Positions 40,814 to 54,746 are shown, numbered from the stretch's first letter. The stretch: DNA of 64,000 bases from Podarcis cretensis (GCA_951804945.1 OX638150.1:48484001-48548000); one strand, 5' to 3'. The notes: generated by a model not told the origin, from the sequence alone. Translations and numbers: made by a program.

Positions 40814-41863
40814 GCCTAGTACAATGGGGAAGAGTGATTAGCTTAATTAATTCTGTGCAGATTAGTAGGAGTGAGCCTTTTCTGTTCAAGTGACGCAGAC
40901 GGTGTGTGTGCTTCCAGACCGTCACTATTTTCAGGTGGGATTCAATACCATACCACCAAGTTCAGGATGTGCAATTCTAGTTCATTCACAGGTCAGAGTG
41001 GGAGGTATATGTTTAAAGCCTTATACAAATCAGCTTTGGACCATGATATTTAAAGGACCATCTCCCCCACTTTCCCATATGAATCTGTGATCAACTGGTG
41101 ATGCCCTTCTGTGCATAACACTACCTTCTGAGGCACAGTCGCTCCTAGAGGGCCTTTTTCTATTGTGACACTCAAAGCAGACAACCCTTCCCCAAATGAT
41201 TTGTTCACAAGTGGTCTGTTCAATGAAGAAAACACCTCTTTTTCAGCAAATTCTTGGTTGGTCTGCTGCTTACATTTTTGTTTATTCATCTGCTACTTGT
41301 TTATTTGCTCTAGATGCTGCCTGTAATTGATTATTTAGATTGTATTTTTTCAAATGGTTTTATTTTCTTACCTACACAGCAAATGTGTACATCTTTGGAA
41401 TCTATAAAACAAATTAATCTGAAAGGGGCAAACCTCTGGCTGGTATTCTTGCACTTTGACAATGCTAGAGAACCTCCTGATATACCTTTTGGCACTATGT
41501 CCCTGATATCCTCAGTGGGATTAAGGATGCAGTCCTACATACATTTAGGACTAAGTCCCATAGATCTTTGGAGGAGACATTTTTATGACTGCTATAATTA
41601 AGTCCCAGTGGCAGTGAGTCTTACTTATGAGTAAATATGCATAGGCTCACCTTATGCTAAACTAGTATCTTTAGAATTTTAAGAAAAACCATGGGTTGCC
41701 ATCTCTGTGTAAAAGGCAAGCTAGTGACACATACAAAAACCATAATTTTCCAGTGCCTACTCTGCTTCAGTTTTCACTGAGAGAGACAAATTAATCAGAT
41801 GAAGATAACCAAGAAAGAGAAGAAATACAGGTCGGGGTAGGAAATGAATAGATCATATTTTAA

Positions 41864-42150
41864 TAAATTTAAATCAACATGGTCTGATGAAGTATACGTT
41901 TGGGTGCTGAGGGAATTAGCTGAAGAAATTGCAAAGCTATTAGCAATTATCTCTGAGGGCTCCTGGAAGTCAGGTGAAGGGAAGCTAGAGAGAAATGCAA
42001 GGGTCAGGAATTAAAGATCAGTTTGTTTTATTTCTGAAAAAGGTAAAATAAATGATGAAAAGATGAAAACCAGCTTGTGAGCAAATGGAAGGAAATGGGA
42101 TGGTTGTTAGTAGCCAAAATAGATTGTTAAACTAGTCATACTAAATAAAT
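41864..42150 (+). mobile_element. Old CR1 LINE internal ORF2 fragment
   Basis: Translates KFKSTWSDEVYVWVLRELAEEIAKLLAIISEGSWKSGE, a decayed form of the CR1 pre-RT motif KSPGPD..HPRVL.EL...IA.PL.IIF..SW..GE. Confidence 0.7.
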
Positions 42151-42414
42151 CTATGATGAAGATCCATGAGCCCATTAAGCCACATTACTTGCAGTTGTAT
42201 ACTGATGAAGTCCTGTTAGCTTCAACAGTTTATGGATTGTGGCCTCTAGTTTTTCTTTCTTTCTTTTATGGGACAGCTGCTATATTGGGTGGATAGTATG
42301 TAGTCTAAACTCTTGATTTCATTTCATTAATTCTTTGTATGCAGTTATACAGTATGCTCTTTCATTTAATCTAGAGGATGATGTACAACTGAAAGAAAAA
42401 TGATCACTTCAGAC

Positions 42415-42551
42415 CAGTGCTGTTTTTTTTTAAAAAAGTGGTGCCGGAACTCACTAGGAACGCCTCCCTTGTTCTCTTATAATGGCAATGGCACCTACCT
42501 GAGAGGTGCCAGAACTCAGTTCCAGTGAGTTCCGACTGAGAAAATGCCCTT
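42415..42551. mobile_element. Short hAT-like MITE
   Basis: Termini CAGTGCTGTTTTT ... AAAATGCCCT, internal repeated ggtgcc(g/a)gaactca, and degenerate 8-bp flanks cttcagac / cttcctac. Confidence 0.6.
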
Positions 42552-45500
42552 CTTCCTACTATCTTAGAATGGATATAGCTCTAAACTGAAAATATTCAGC
42601 ATTCGCATGTTATATGAAAGACGAAGAGAGCTTAAAACCTTAATCATTATAAAATAATTGTTTTCAGCCACCATGGCAAAAGTATCTTCCTCCTGGGCTG
42701 GGATACTTTCTGCATGCTAGTATGTCTGTTTCTGCCCTGGCATCCTTCTCACATTTTTTTTCCTTCTTACCATCATCAACCATGCTTCAAACACCATGGA
42801 CCATGGTAAAACAGAGGTGGCTTTTGAGGCCCTGCTTAAAGAAACAATATGATAATTCTTTGGGGAAGATGTAGCTAGAGATTAGAAACTGACATAATTA
42901 TAAGTTAGTACACTCATGATACTCCTTGGAAGTAACAATGTTTTCTGTTTTTGTGTGTGGGCACAAGACGCCACCAAATGGGTTGTCATCCTCCAATCAC
43001 TCGAAGGCAGAAAAGCATCATTACTCCAAAATGATCTTTAGTGTTATCCTTCCCTTGGAGAGCCAGATCATTTTTCCTGTCTCTCTTGAAAGGGATCTGA
43101 TTTTGATGGTTGCCTGTGGCCTTCTAATTCTGGTTCTGCATATGTGTTCAAGTGCAGAGAATTTGGGTGCAGTGAGGAATGTGTGTGTGATTACAGACTT
43201 AGGGTAAAGTTACCATTTTCTCTCTTAATTCAGAACTCTCTTTTTCTGGGATTTACCCCTGCCCCTGTACATTGTTGCTGATCTTTCTCTGAGGCATCAC
43301 CTTCGCCTCAGCATCTGTATATGTTAGATTCCCTTGCTAATTAATTCATAGCTGATTCCCCCTTTACTATTTAATTAATTCTTACTTTATCCCTCCCCTA
43401 TTGATCAGTTCTACAACTAATCATATATACCTTGACCTGATCAACCTCTAAACTCATCCCTTTCATAATCAGTTGCCAGACTTTATACAAAATTTTCTGA
43501 GCTGCTGCTTACCACCTGTTTAAAATCCTACCTAGCTGGGTCTCAACTTACTGAACTAATTATTCAGCAACATGACAAAAACATCAAACTAAAGGGCAGT
43601 CAAGTCCTCACTCAAGACCAGAAGGACATGCTAATTAGCTTTCATGCTGGACATGGCAGACCTAGAGGAGTAGAGATATGGCATGGCAACTGGCACATGT
43701 CATTTTCTGAGTGCTAAAGGCGCAAGTGGAAGTGCAAAATGGCCTGATAGACCCTGTGGGAGTGGTGGAGGGCACTAGAGCTGGACAAAACCCAAACAGC
43801 CCCGCAGTGGCGGTAGGTCACACAGTCCCAAGAGGGTTTGCATGTCCTGCAGTAGCAGCAGTAGTAGGCACTGTATTGAAATCCTTGAGACCCAAGTATG
43901 CTAGAATTTCCTAGACATTTTGGATGGGATTCAAAGTAGTGCAAGTGCCCCTGTACACTCTAAATCTGTTTTTGTGGTTCCCCCAACCCAGCAGAGCAGT
44001 TTGGGGAGTAAGGGCTTTGTTGTGGAAGGAGAAGGGAGAAAGGTTCCATTATGTGAGCGGGCCCTATTCTGTGCATGCAACAATTTGGAAGGTAGAAGAA
44101 AGCCAAGTCAAGCACTAGTTCTTAATTACAAATTTCTTGTAATATCCAGCTGGAATGGGAAGAGTTTAAGAAGAGGAGCCAAAAGTGATTGGTCTCCTCA
44201 GGTGAACAAATGAAGAAACTCTGAAGTCCCATCATATCTGCTGTAGCCTGATGAAATGTGTGGGGTTAAATGGCAGTTAAAGGAGTAATGTGGTGACGCT
44301 TCTCTCAGCAGTGTGGATGGAAAGGCCTTCCAGTTCCATCTTTCCTTTTACTGATGGAAAATGTGAATATTTATTTTGGGGGGAAGCTTTACCCCACCAA
44401 GAAATGCATTTTGTGCCCTTATGTGTCCCTTCCTGGATCCCATCCCACTCACCCACCCCCGATACTACCACTGTTCAACAGCCACACAGAATGATTCAAA
44501 GTACAGAACTTAAGGGTGTGTGTTTTGGCTGCTTAGCAAACTTTCATATCAGTAATGCTGATGGGGGCTTGGCAAGGTGGCATTTCTATCTCGCAGAACT
44601 ACTCAGTGCAGAGTGGCAGGAGAAATTAAGGAAAAGGGGACTCCAAACCCCATCACAGGTAAAATAGCTGCTGGGATAAAATAGCTCACATTTTCAGATA
44701 CAGATGCTTGTGTGGAAACAGGCAATTGTCACAAGTTCTTCAAAAGTTGTGCTCTTGTTTGGCATGTTCATTGGGGATCTGATGTTTTCCTGATCAGCAC
44801 ATTTAGTGGGATTGTTCAGTACTATTCTTCCCACCAAATCTGCCCCTCTCCCACTTGAACATAACAGCACTCTGGTGTGAATGTATGGTACACTGGAGTC
44901 ATTTGCAGAGCTGGGGGGGGGGAATGTGTGTCTATCAATATGGATATCTTGTGTTGACAACCTGGTTTATGCTGACTTAAGCATTCAGATTGACATCTTA
45001 AATCAGGTAACAGAAAGAGAGAGAACCTTTCCATCTCTGTTGTAGCCTTTCCATCTCTTCTCAATAGGATAAAGCTTTTGTAAATTAGAGGGGTAATTAT
45101 TTTGAGAGATTCTACAGAAAAACACAAAGGATTAGATTCTTAATGACTCTCAGTTACAGAAATTGCTATGTACAGGTTTGTGCTGTTGGAACATCTGCAG
45201 AATTAGAACTGAATAAAAGCCACTTAGGTATCCCAATGTTTGGAATATTGTGGTTTGTTTTCAAATTAGCCCTGCCTGCAACTTTGTTTTGATGATCTCT
45301 CCTTCCTTTGTTTTTCTGACTAGATTCAGCTTTTGGAATTTCTTCCAGAGCAAGCAGAGTGACCTTTTTATATTTTCAGATTCCCAAAATAGATAGCCTA
45401 AAGAACAACTGCACGTGTTTGCTCTAGTTCATTGCAGCAAGGCGGAACCTGCTGAGCACAGATCCATCAAATGGTGTCAATTCAGACTGTACATTCTGTG

Positions 45501-45556
45501 CACTGACCTTTTTCACAGAGTGTTTGTTTTGTTTTTGTTTTTTTGTGTGTGTTTAG

Positions 45557-45757
45557 TTGATTGCTTGGATCCTTCCTGCTCCAACCATGGTATCTGTGTA
45601 AATGGAGAGTGTCTTTGCAGCCCAGGCTGGGGAGGCTTAAACTGTGAACTTCCACGTGCCCAGTGCCCAGACCAGTGTAGTGGGCATGGCACATACCTCT
45701 CTGACACAGGCCTCTGTAACTGTGATCCCAACTGGATGGGACCAGACTGCTCCGTTG
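45557..45757 (+). CDS. TENM2: Teneurin-2 exon, EGF-like repeats 4-5 (201 nt, phase 1-1)
   Basis: Acceptor gtgtgtttAG, donor TTG|GTaaga. Translates (V)[69 protein letters not shown]5 has the Cys-to-Tyr hallmark (HGTYL). Confidence 0.97.
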
Positions 45758-46590
45758 GTAAGAAAAACATTTAATTTGTGCAATTTATTTTAGCCTTTTG
45801 AAATCTTGATAGTCAATGGTCCTTGACTACTCATTCAAGATAGTACAAATCAGTGATTCAGCTCAGTAACTCAACTGTTACAGTGACTGCTACACTTCTA
45901 AGGTAAGTTCAGACACCTATATTGAAGCTCTCTTAATGATTCTGATGAGTCTGCTACTTCTCTCACACATGAAGGTATAGTATATGACACATATTTTTTC
46001 ATTCTATTTTTTTCATTGATTAGAGTAATACAATGTAATTTTGAAATTTAGTTCTTGCCCCACCATTCTCACTTTATATTTTAAGGTAAAATGTTGATTG
46101 TCCTTCTTCACGTATCCATATGATTCTTGGTAACTAACATGATTCCATCCTACTTACTCTCACTCCTTAAAAGGTATCTGAATGATAATGTAGCTGGCAT
46201 ATATTGCTGATAAATAAGGTCAAAATACAAAAGACTTACATTTCCAATTTATTTCATTTTTGGAGGCTGTATTTTGTAGCATGGTCATGAAGAGGCATCC
46301 TGGCATCTAGATGTGGCAGCTCAGGGTACATCCAACAAATTGGTGATTTAAAAATGTACTCATTTTCTTAGGTATTAATTGGGGTGAATCTTCAAGCTAG
46401 GCTGGTTTACTGAGATGTCTGTAGCATAAATTTCACTTTGAAGTGGTCTTTCTTGTTGGCTTTCTCAGCAGAATTGCAAAGGCTTGAGTAGGTCGTAGCA
46501 ACCATTTGAGTTCCAAAGGTGTACCCCTTCTGCATATCTTGCCGATGATAGTGCAAATCCCTAAATCCAAGATGCTGCCAGTACCCATGA

Positions 46591-47022
<432 letters not shown>

Positions 47023-48525
47023 TAAATAATTAATTTTATAACTGCAGTTTTATAACTGGAGCAGTCATCAGTTTCTATTGAAAAATATTTAGATTTTAAG
47101 TTTTTATAAGCAAACAAACAGCTTCATTTCTGAAACCCCAAGCAGGAAAATATGTTTCAAGTCAGTACTAAGTTAAATTGTATACTGATGTAAACTAGGT
47201 TTCCACTAAATGATATACTATTTATTCTATGTGGATATTACCTACAAGATGAGATTTTCAACTAAATTTTAGTGTGTGTGTGTTTCAACAAATGTCCTTC
47301 TTTTTTCACTTCCTGACCTGATGCTTCCTGCTTATTAAATATTCCATTCAAAACACATCACCACAATACCCATCAAGAGCAGGGGTCAAGTTGAGGGGGA
47401 ACTGGCTTCCCGTTGTTACAGAAATAGCTCCCTAGCATTTTCATGCGTTGTTCTGTGACAGTGGTCATGGTGTTTGCCTATAGACTGACACAGCATGGGA
47501 GGGCCGAGCCAATGCTACAGCATGCTGGTATACCCTTTCCAAACAGCATGCTACTCAGCACAGCTTTGGAATCATGCCGAGTGCCATGACTAACACAATT
47601 GCATCTCCACTGTGATATGTCAGCCTGGAAAGTAATAACAAACATATATCGCTTCAGATGTTTTTGACCATTTTGAATTTTAAACCTAAGTTACTTAATT
47701 TATCCTTTCAAGATGTATGCTGTGCGTGGAAAACCCAGATTGCTGCTGAGAATTTACTTACGTTGTGTACAAAAGTAATACAAGACTGAGCACATCATTA
47801 TTTGTAAACCTGGAAGAAAAACCTCAAGAATGTGTGCCTGTTTTCTTTTTTCCTGAGCCATTTATTTAGATAACGAATTTTTTCAAAATGTCCAGGAGAA
47901 TTAAAAACAAGCAGTTATTCAATATTCTTTTTTTAAACGTTTCTTTGGTGGGTGAATGAAACATTTTTTAAAAGGACAAATTATAATTGAAATTATGATG
48001 GCAACTGGAGACTCTAAAAGGACAGCCCTATTACCAGTGACTTGTTTTTGTTTTAAACCAAAGTTATTTGGATGTGTTTGTCAGAATTTTATTTTATTTT
48101 TGTTAAGTGTCTTTTTTTTAAGTCTCTTTGGGTAGCTAAACCTTTTGGGACACACACTTAAATTAGAAAGAGATATGACCTTTAAAATATATATATCCTG
48201 CACATATTTAAAGGTGATGCTGGCATACTGCTATAGCATACTTCTAACACAGTTTATAAACATTGAATCGATATTCCCAAGCAGATGCAGGCTGGTTTTC
48301 TGTTTTTGTTTTTGTTTTGGCCTTATGCATTTCTACAGCAACAGCAGCAGCATCTCTTCTAATGTGGTTCATTTATGGGGTAAATTTCAAGACTAATTTC
48401 GGTTTATATGAATGTTGTGTCTAATCAATAATTGTTCCAAAAAGGTTTACCTTATTCCACTAACTTTGTGTTAACGTCTTTATTCTTAAAAATGTCTTCA
48501 TGTATTTTTGTAACCTAAGTGTCTT

Positions 48526-48616
48526 ACAGTGCAGTCCTATGCATATCTACTCAGAAGTAAGTCCGAATTAATTCAGTGAGACTTACCCTCAGGTAAGTGT
48601 GTATAGGACTGCAATC
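48526..48616. mobile_element. About 90-bp palindromic MITE-like repeat (clearest copy; others near 740-800, 20990-21080, 23905-23985, 24125-24200, 41525-41650, 52360-52451)
   Basis: Inverted termini TGCAGTCCTAT / ATAGGACTGCA, internal aagtaagtc / gacttac, and TTA flanks suggestive of PIF/Harbinger. Confidence 0.7.
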
Positions 48617-51600
48617 TTAGTTTGATGTTACTGTGCACCCAACAAGATGAATGTATTTAGATTGCTCAGATATGATTTGTTCTAGATAACACTTTACGCC
48701 TACTGGTTAATAGTTCCAACTATAAAGGCTAAACTATGAAGAAAACATTTTACCTTGCTTTTCACAAGTGAGAGGAAAAAACAACCACTTTTGAAGTACT
48801 GTCAATGTGCACTGTCACAGTCTTTCCTGCAAATAATTTCCAAAGCATTGTCTACAGATTTGAACTTTGTTTTTCCAGTGTAAAATATTGACGCATAAGC
48901 ACTCCTCTCAAACTTTGTAGGACTTAGGAGTTGTATAAAAACTGTAGCCTTATTATTGGTGAATAGAAAATATACTGAGAATGATGTAGCCTTATTATGC
49001 TTTAGGATTGGAGCTTACAGAATCTTAAAACGTTTACAAAATTAACTTGAACGTTTATCCTTCGGTTTCTATTTTTTACTATTTTTTTCAACAAGTGAAT
49101 CTCAGCATCTTCATTTTTTCTTTTTACTTCAGTCCTGCCAGGAGCTTCATGTACATAGAAGTAAACTTCCCCATAATTTTTCCAAGCTGATGAAGAAATG
49201 TGATTCCACATCCTGCCCCCCCTCCCCAAATCACCCTCTTCCATATTTCCAAAACTTTCCTTGACAGTGGTGGTGCTAACACTGGGCTTCACAGCAAGGA
49301 GGACCTTGAGGAATGCTGTCCCAGGTTCCCTCAGGGAATGTAGTTTACTTGGGGGGTCCTGGTGTCCAGAATGCAGCTGCAGAAGTGTTCTCAATAAAAT
49401 TAAAACCCCAGCCCCTACTGTCCCCAGTGTTATTACACCAACTGCAAGATTAATTCGAGTGTAAAGGGTAGGAGATGTAAATGCACATAGTCTGCTGCTT
49501 CTGAGGTGGTACTAAGCTCAGTACAAGCAACGGAGAGGGTTTGGGCTTGGCTCATAATGGGCTGAGAATTCTGAAATACGGGATTTTATTTTTGACACAA
49601 ACTCTCACCTATTCTAGACGTGGATGCTCACTACAGGTAAAAACAGTACTGTAGAACTACTGTAGAACACGCAGTGCAGTAATAATAATATATATGTTGA
49701 AAATGATGCGTTTTCAATCTTAAGAGGTTAAGTGACTATATCTAACTGGAAAAGTGGTAATGCAAAAACCTTAGGCACCATTTTAAAAATGTGCTCATGC
49801 CACTGATCTTCACTTAAACAGCCACAGTAGGTGGTGGCCTTATGTCAATGAAGTAGATCCCAGAGATCTTTCTATATGGCATATTGCAACCACTATCCCA
49901 TTCCTGCACCTGCTAACTCACAGAGAAAAACAGCTCCCTGCAGTGATAATGAAGGTCTGTGGTGTACTTATGAAGTGATTTACAATCATCGGATAAGGTT
50001 ATAATGAAACCATAGAACAGAAATTACAACTGAGCAACAACAAAAAGAAATATGCCAACGCAAAGTGAATTCTTGAACATATTACATGCTAAAATTTTAC
50101 CATGAGAGTTTGGGGTTTGTTTGTTTTTGTTCTGTGATTTGTTTGATGATTTCCATGTGAAAACCAGAGGTTGCTTTTTTGCTTAGATCATCTACTGCCC
50201 AGTTGTTATATATACAGAGCCCCATTAAATGTATTGTTGCTTTGTTAACCTCCACTGGGCCTAGATTTCAATCATAAATATGCTGCCACATTGGACATCT
50301 CATGTGAATGGCATTTATTTTCACATGGCAAGAATGATTGTGCAGGAGTGCAGGTAAACATATCCCATAGATCTTACAGAGGAGCAAATTTGTCTCGCAG
50401 TGGTACTTCAGTGTTGAAGCTGATCATCACATCTGATGATGGTATTGAATTTTTTCAAGGAGGCCGGTGACATTGTGCCCCAGAAGTGATGAGGGCATCC
50501 CTCAGCAACACATTTCTATGAACAGAGAAAAAGGGCCACCTAAAGGTTCATGACTAAGAATAGCCCTTGAGCCTGGTATCTTGCTGAGGTGTGGGAGCTA
50601 TTGGCTTGCAAATTATTGCGCCTTAAATTTGGAACTCAGTAAACCCAGATTAATAAGTTTCATGCAAAGTGATAGCTATGATGAAAAAATAGTTTTGCTG
50701 GATCCAAATAAAAATTTAAACAATGAGAGAACACATTTAAACCGGTTAAGTTTGTAAATGTGTTTTGCAAACCTGTGGGATACTGTTGACCCCTAATACC
50801 ATTTTTGGTGATATTAAGGAAAGTGGGTGATTTGCCTACTATAAAATAAACAAAATATTAGGGTGGGGTGGATGTTTTACCTTCTATGTTTCTTTCCCAC
50901 ATGAAATAAACAGTACAGATTCTGAGCTAAACATCTATAGACATGACAAGTAACTAATTACTTTAAATAGCATTTGTTTGAGTCAGTGTGACCCGTAGCA
51001 CATGTATGTGCATTACGTAAAGAATCATAAAGCTAAAAACATTGATTTTTTTCACTAAAAAAATGAAGGGCTGATTAAACACCCATGGTTGAGGACTCTT
51101 GGAATACAGAGTTGTAGAATACTTTACATAGAAGTCTTGTTAATGTTTTTCAGGGCTGCTGCGGTGTGTTTGATCCCACTTTTCAATGAAGAGTTAAACT
51201 GAGCTTTATTCACATGTATAATATTTTTTAAAACAGCACACACTCAAATACATGTAATATTTGGTATTCTATTTTATTCAACCAGATATTTCTGTGGCAA
51301 AAGCCCATGTAAAAGTGCTTTCATTTTGGACCCTATTCCTTGGAATGACAAAACAATAATATTGTACATTAGATTGTGACTATTGGTATTCACTACTAAT
51401 CTTACTGTGCAGAGCAGTAGATATTGTTTTGATAAGATCACCTTAAAACATTTGCCCTTTTAGGCATCATACAAACATTCTGCTTTTTCCAGGCCCAGGG
51501 AGCAGAAGGGGTGGAGAGTATTAGGGAAGAGGGAAAGAGTTGCAGCCGATCAAGAATATTGCTTGCATTTCATCTACTGTTATAGCTAAGTCAGTAATCA

Positions 51601-52254
51601 ACAAATCTATGCCCAGTAGAACATTGTGTTGCCTTCCAGCACTGCTGGATAGTTTTGTCCCATTAGAATACTCTTTGTGTCAAAGATTTCTTTTTTTTCT
51701 TACTGATTTCCTTAAAGTAATTTCAATAATAGCTTTAAAAAAGCAGAAACAATTTCCGCAAGAGATGGGATAAAATTTGAAGATAACAAAGAGGGAAATG
51801 TGCTACCCCTGACAAAAGCAAGTAATTCTGAAAAAGTGCTGGGGAGGAGAGGGTGTCATATTCCTGTAGTTATTTCTAGCCCTTTCACTCCAATCTATAA
51901 GAAAGTGAGAAAAAGGACATGACTAGATAAAGAAAACAAATGCCACCTTCTGCTTAATCAACAAAGTTTCTACAATAGAGATTTAAATGTCTTCATCCAA
52001 TGTGATCAATACTGCATCTTCTTTTGTGCGAGAGAACATATGACATTTGCCTAAATCTATGTTGAAACAAAATTATAATGAAATAATACCATAATTGCCA
52101 AGCAGTCTTCCCAGGCACACCTGAGTTTAGTAAAAGAAACTGTGGCTTTGCCAGCCAGGTGGTCCGAGGTCGCCGGGGCCAGGGTGCAGGAAGCAACAAT
52201 AATGGCATTACAGTGTCTTAGGATCAATATGACCACAATTTTCTTGTTCGCTAG

Positions 52255-52335
52255 TGCAGCAATCGTCTGCCTCTCCCCCCGCTCTGGCCTCCATGCGTGG
52301 AAAGGCTGTTGATGCTGTGGTGATCCCATTGGTTG
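52255..52335 (+). other. Candidate 81-nt in-frame cassette exon of TENM2 between EGF7 and EGF8 (unconfirmed)
   Basis: Acceptor ttttcttgttcgctAG and donor TTG|GTaact. Phase 1-1 and stop-free: VQQSSASPPALASMRGKAVDAVVIPLV. Lies in a CpG-retaining patch that matches no repeat I recognise. Confidence 0.35.
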
Positions 52336-53594
52336 GTAACTGCGCACTAATAGGTCTTAGTAGCACATTCCTGTGCAAGTTTACTCAGAAATAATTCACG
52401 TTGTGTTGAATAGAACTTACTCTCAAATAATTACGTCTAGGATTACAGCCTAAGTATCAATAATTTAGTAGAATTTTAAAGTGTGCTTCATTTTTTGTAG
52501 TTTGCATCTACTTGGGTGACAATTTTGTTCTATCTGCTGGTAGGGTAGAAACATAATTAATTATATTCAGGCTTTATTGAGAATCAACAGTTGCTTGTTG
52601 TATGATCTTCTAGGAACAGATAAAACACAATTTCAATAGGAATATCAGTTATCTGTCATTTAACTTCACGCCTCTAGTCATGACTAGAAAATGCCACACA
52701 ATGTTGCCATTTTTCGCCTTTCCATTTATTTATGTGCAAAACATACAACCTTATTCCTTCTTTGGGCCACTTTAAAAGGCAATCAGTGTACTTCTCAGCT
52801 GTGTTCCTCTCCGCTGTGTCATGCAGGACTTCAAAGAGCTGCATCCTGCAGATATTTGTAAATAACTTCCTGACTTAAATAAGAATATTCCTTTCCTGTG
52901 TCTACATGGGCTATATTGATTTTTCTATCAATTCTCGAACTTTTATGAAGCCCCAGAAAGAAAAGAAAAATGAAATAGGATTGATCAAGCTGCTGATCTA
53001 ACTGCTAAAAAGACAGAGCTGAGTTTGCTGTCCTGAAGTGTATTTACTGCACTAGCCAACTGTTAATATTCCAACAATGTGTTTTCTATGTTATTTTATA
53101 CCCTGTAGTGTCAAGCACCAGTTTCTGTGAGTGAAGGTATTACACGGTATTGCTGGAGACAGAATAACAGAGATATTTTAACTGTAGAGATAAACTCTGG
53201 TGGTAGTTGGGCGCTCACTATTGGAAGTCAAACAAAAAGTAGGGAGCTTCTTAAAAAGAAGAAAATCTCAGAGCCACACATGAAAATGATTTGCAGAATT
53301 GGTCTGTACATTATTATTTTATAATAATGCATCATAGCATCATACTTTTAATTCTTGAATGAAAAATCCAGAATATTCAGCTAACTATTGAGACTGAAAT
53401 CATGCCTTTCCAGACACCAGCTGCATATTGAAGTTGTATATAGAAATTTGCAAATGATCTGGGTGATATTCTCTTGTAGAGCTCAGATGAAGCACACTCA
53501 CTGAGGTCAGTGGAACTACTTGTAAGTAAACTTGCAAAGTTCAATCTTTATCTTTTTAAAAATAAAAGTAAGCAAAAAAATCTTTGTTTAATAA

Positions 53595-53792
53595 TATTTA
53601 TTTATTTATTTATTTATTTATTTTATTTATACCCCACCCATCTGGCTGGGTTTCCCCACCCACTCTGGGCTGCTTCCAACAAAAGATTAAAAATACATTA
53701 AAACATCAGTCATTAAAAACTTCCCTAAACAGGGCTGCCTTCAGATGTCTTCTAAATGTCAGATAGTTGTTTATTTATTTGACATTTGATGG
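53595..53792 (-). mobile_element. L2-type LINE 3' terminus with (TAAA)n tail
   Basis: Reverse complement matches 17440-17530 plus 17706-17770 without the MITE. (TTTA)n tail at 53595-53628. Confidence 0.82.
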
Positions 53793-54746
53793 GCTAGACA
53801 GTGGCATTATTTCCACAGGCATCATGTATGGTTTTATGGAGATGCCTTAGAGTTGTAAACACAAATTCTCCACCAACTTTATCCTCATCAAGACCTAGCA
53901 TGAAGGTGAAGGGCTGGATGAGGTTTTATGTGATCCCAGTGTTTAATTTGTAATGGCAATTGTCATGTCACATGTTTTTCTTTCATCAAGACTTTTTTTT
54001 CCCCTTTGGGTTTTCAAACAAGCAAACGAGCAAGTTGTTTCTTTTCATTCCTGTTTCAATCCTATCCTATAAGACTCATAGCATTCTAAATCCTATAAGA
54101 TTTTCATAGTACTCTGAGAAACTATGTAAATCAAAAGGCACTAGGTTTGCTGTATTGGTAACAGGGAACCATAATTTTGAAAAACTGCCATTCAAGATGC
54201 AGGTTTATTGCTTTTCTCCTAATCCCATTATATCTTTATTCTATATTGATGCATTAGCAGTCCAGTGCAGAGTAGCTCAATCAACTTACAAAGAACAAGG
54301 CATGTTATTTATGCACAGCAAAGAAGGACAGCATGTAGGCATTTTCAGGTAGTTATTCTGCATCAAATTACAGGAGTTAATAGAGGTATTTTTTCATATA
54401 ATTAAACATTGATTCATTTCTTAATACAAAAATTTGAAATATACAAGCACTGGTAACTTTAGAATATGTGTTCAATTTTATATGAGTTCTAAGTCAAAAC
54501 CACAAAGAAGGTGATTATGTTTTCTTTAGGTATATGTTAAATAACAAAGCTGTTAGTGAATAATATATGTAGCTAGAATTTCAGCTGCGTACATTTTAAT
54601 TTTCTCCAAAAGGTCCACCAAATATCTTGAACATGGTCCCAATTCACCATACTACTGAAAACGATAACACCATTAGCATGATAGTGATAGGTCCATTCCA
54701 AAGTGCTATTAATACTTTTTTTTAATATGTGAAGGATATTGGAATA

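Noticed and set aside
47462-47527. 66-nt in-frame stop-free AG...GT segment (VVMVFAYRLTQHGRAEPMLQHA)
   Set aside because: The donor CTG|GTATAC and the pyrimidine tract are weak. It shows that such segments arise by chance, which also tempers confidence in the 52255 candidate.
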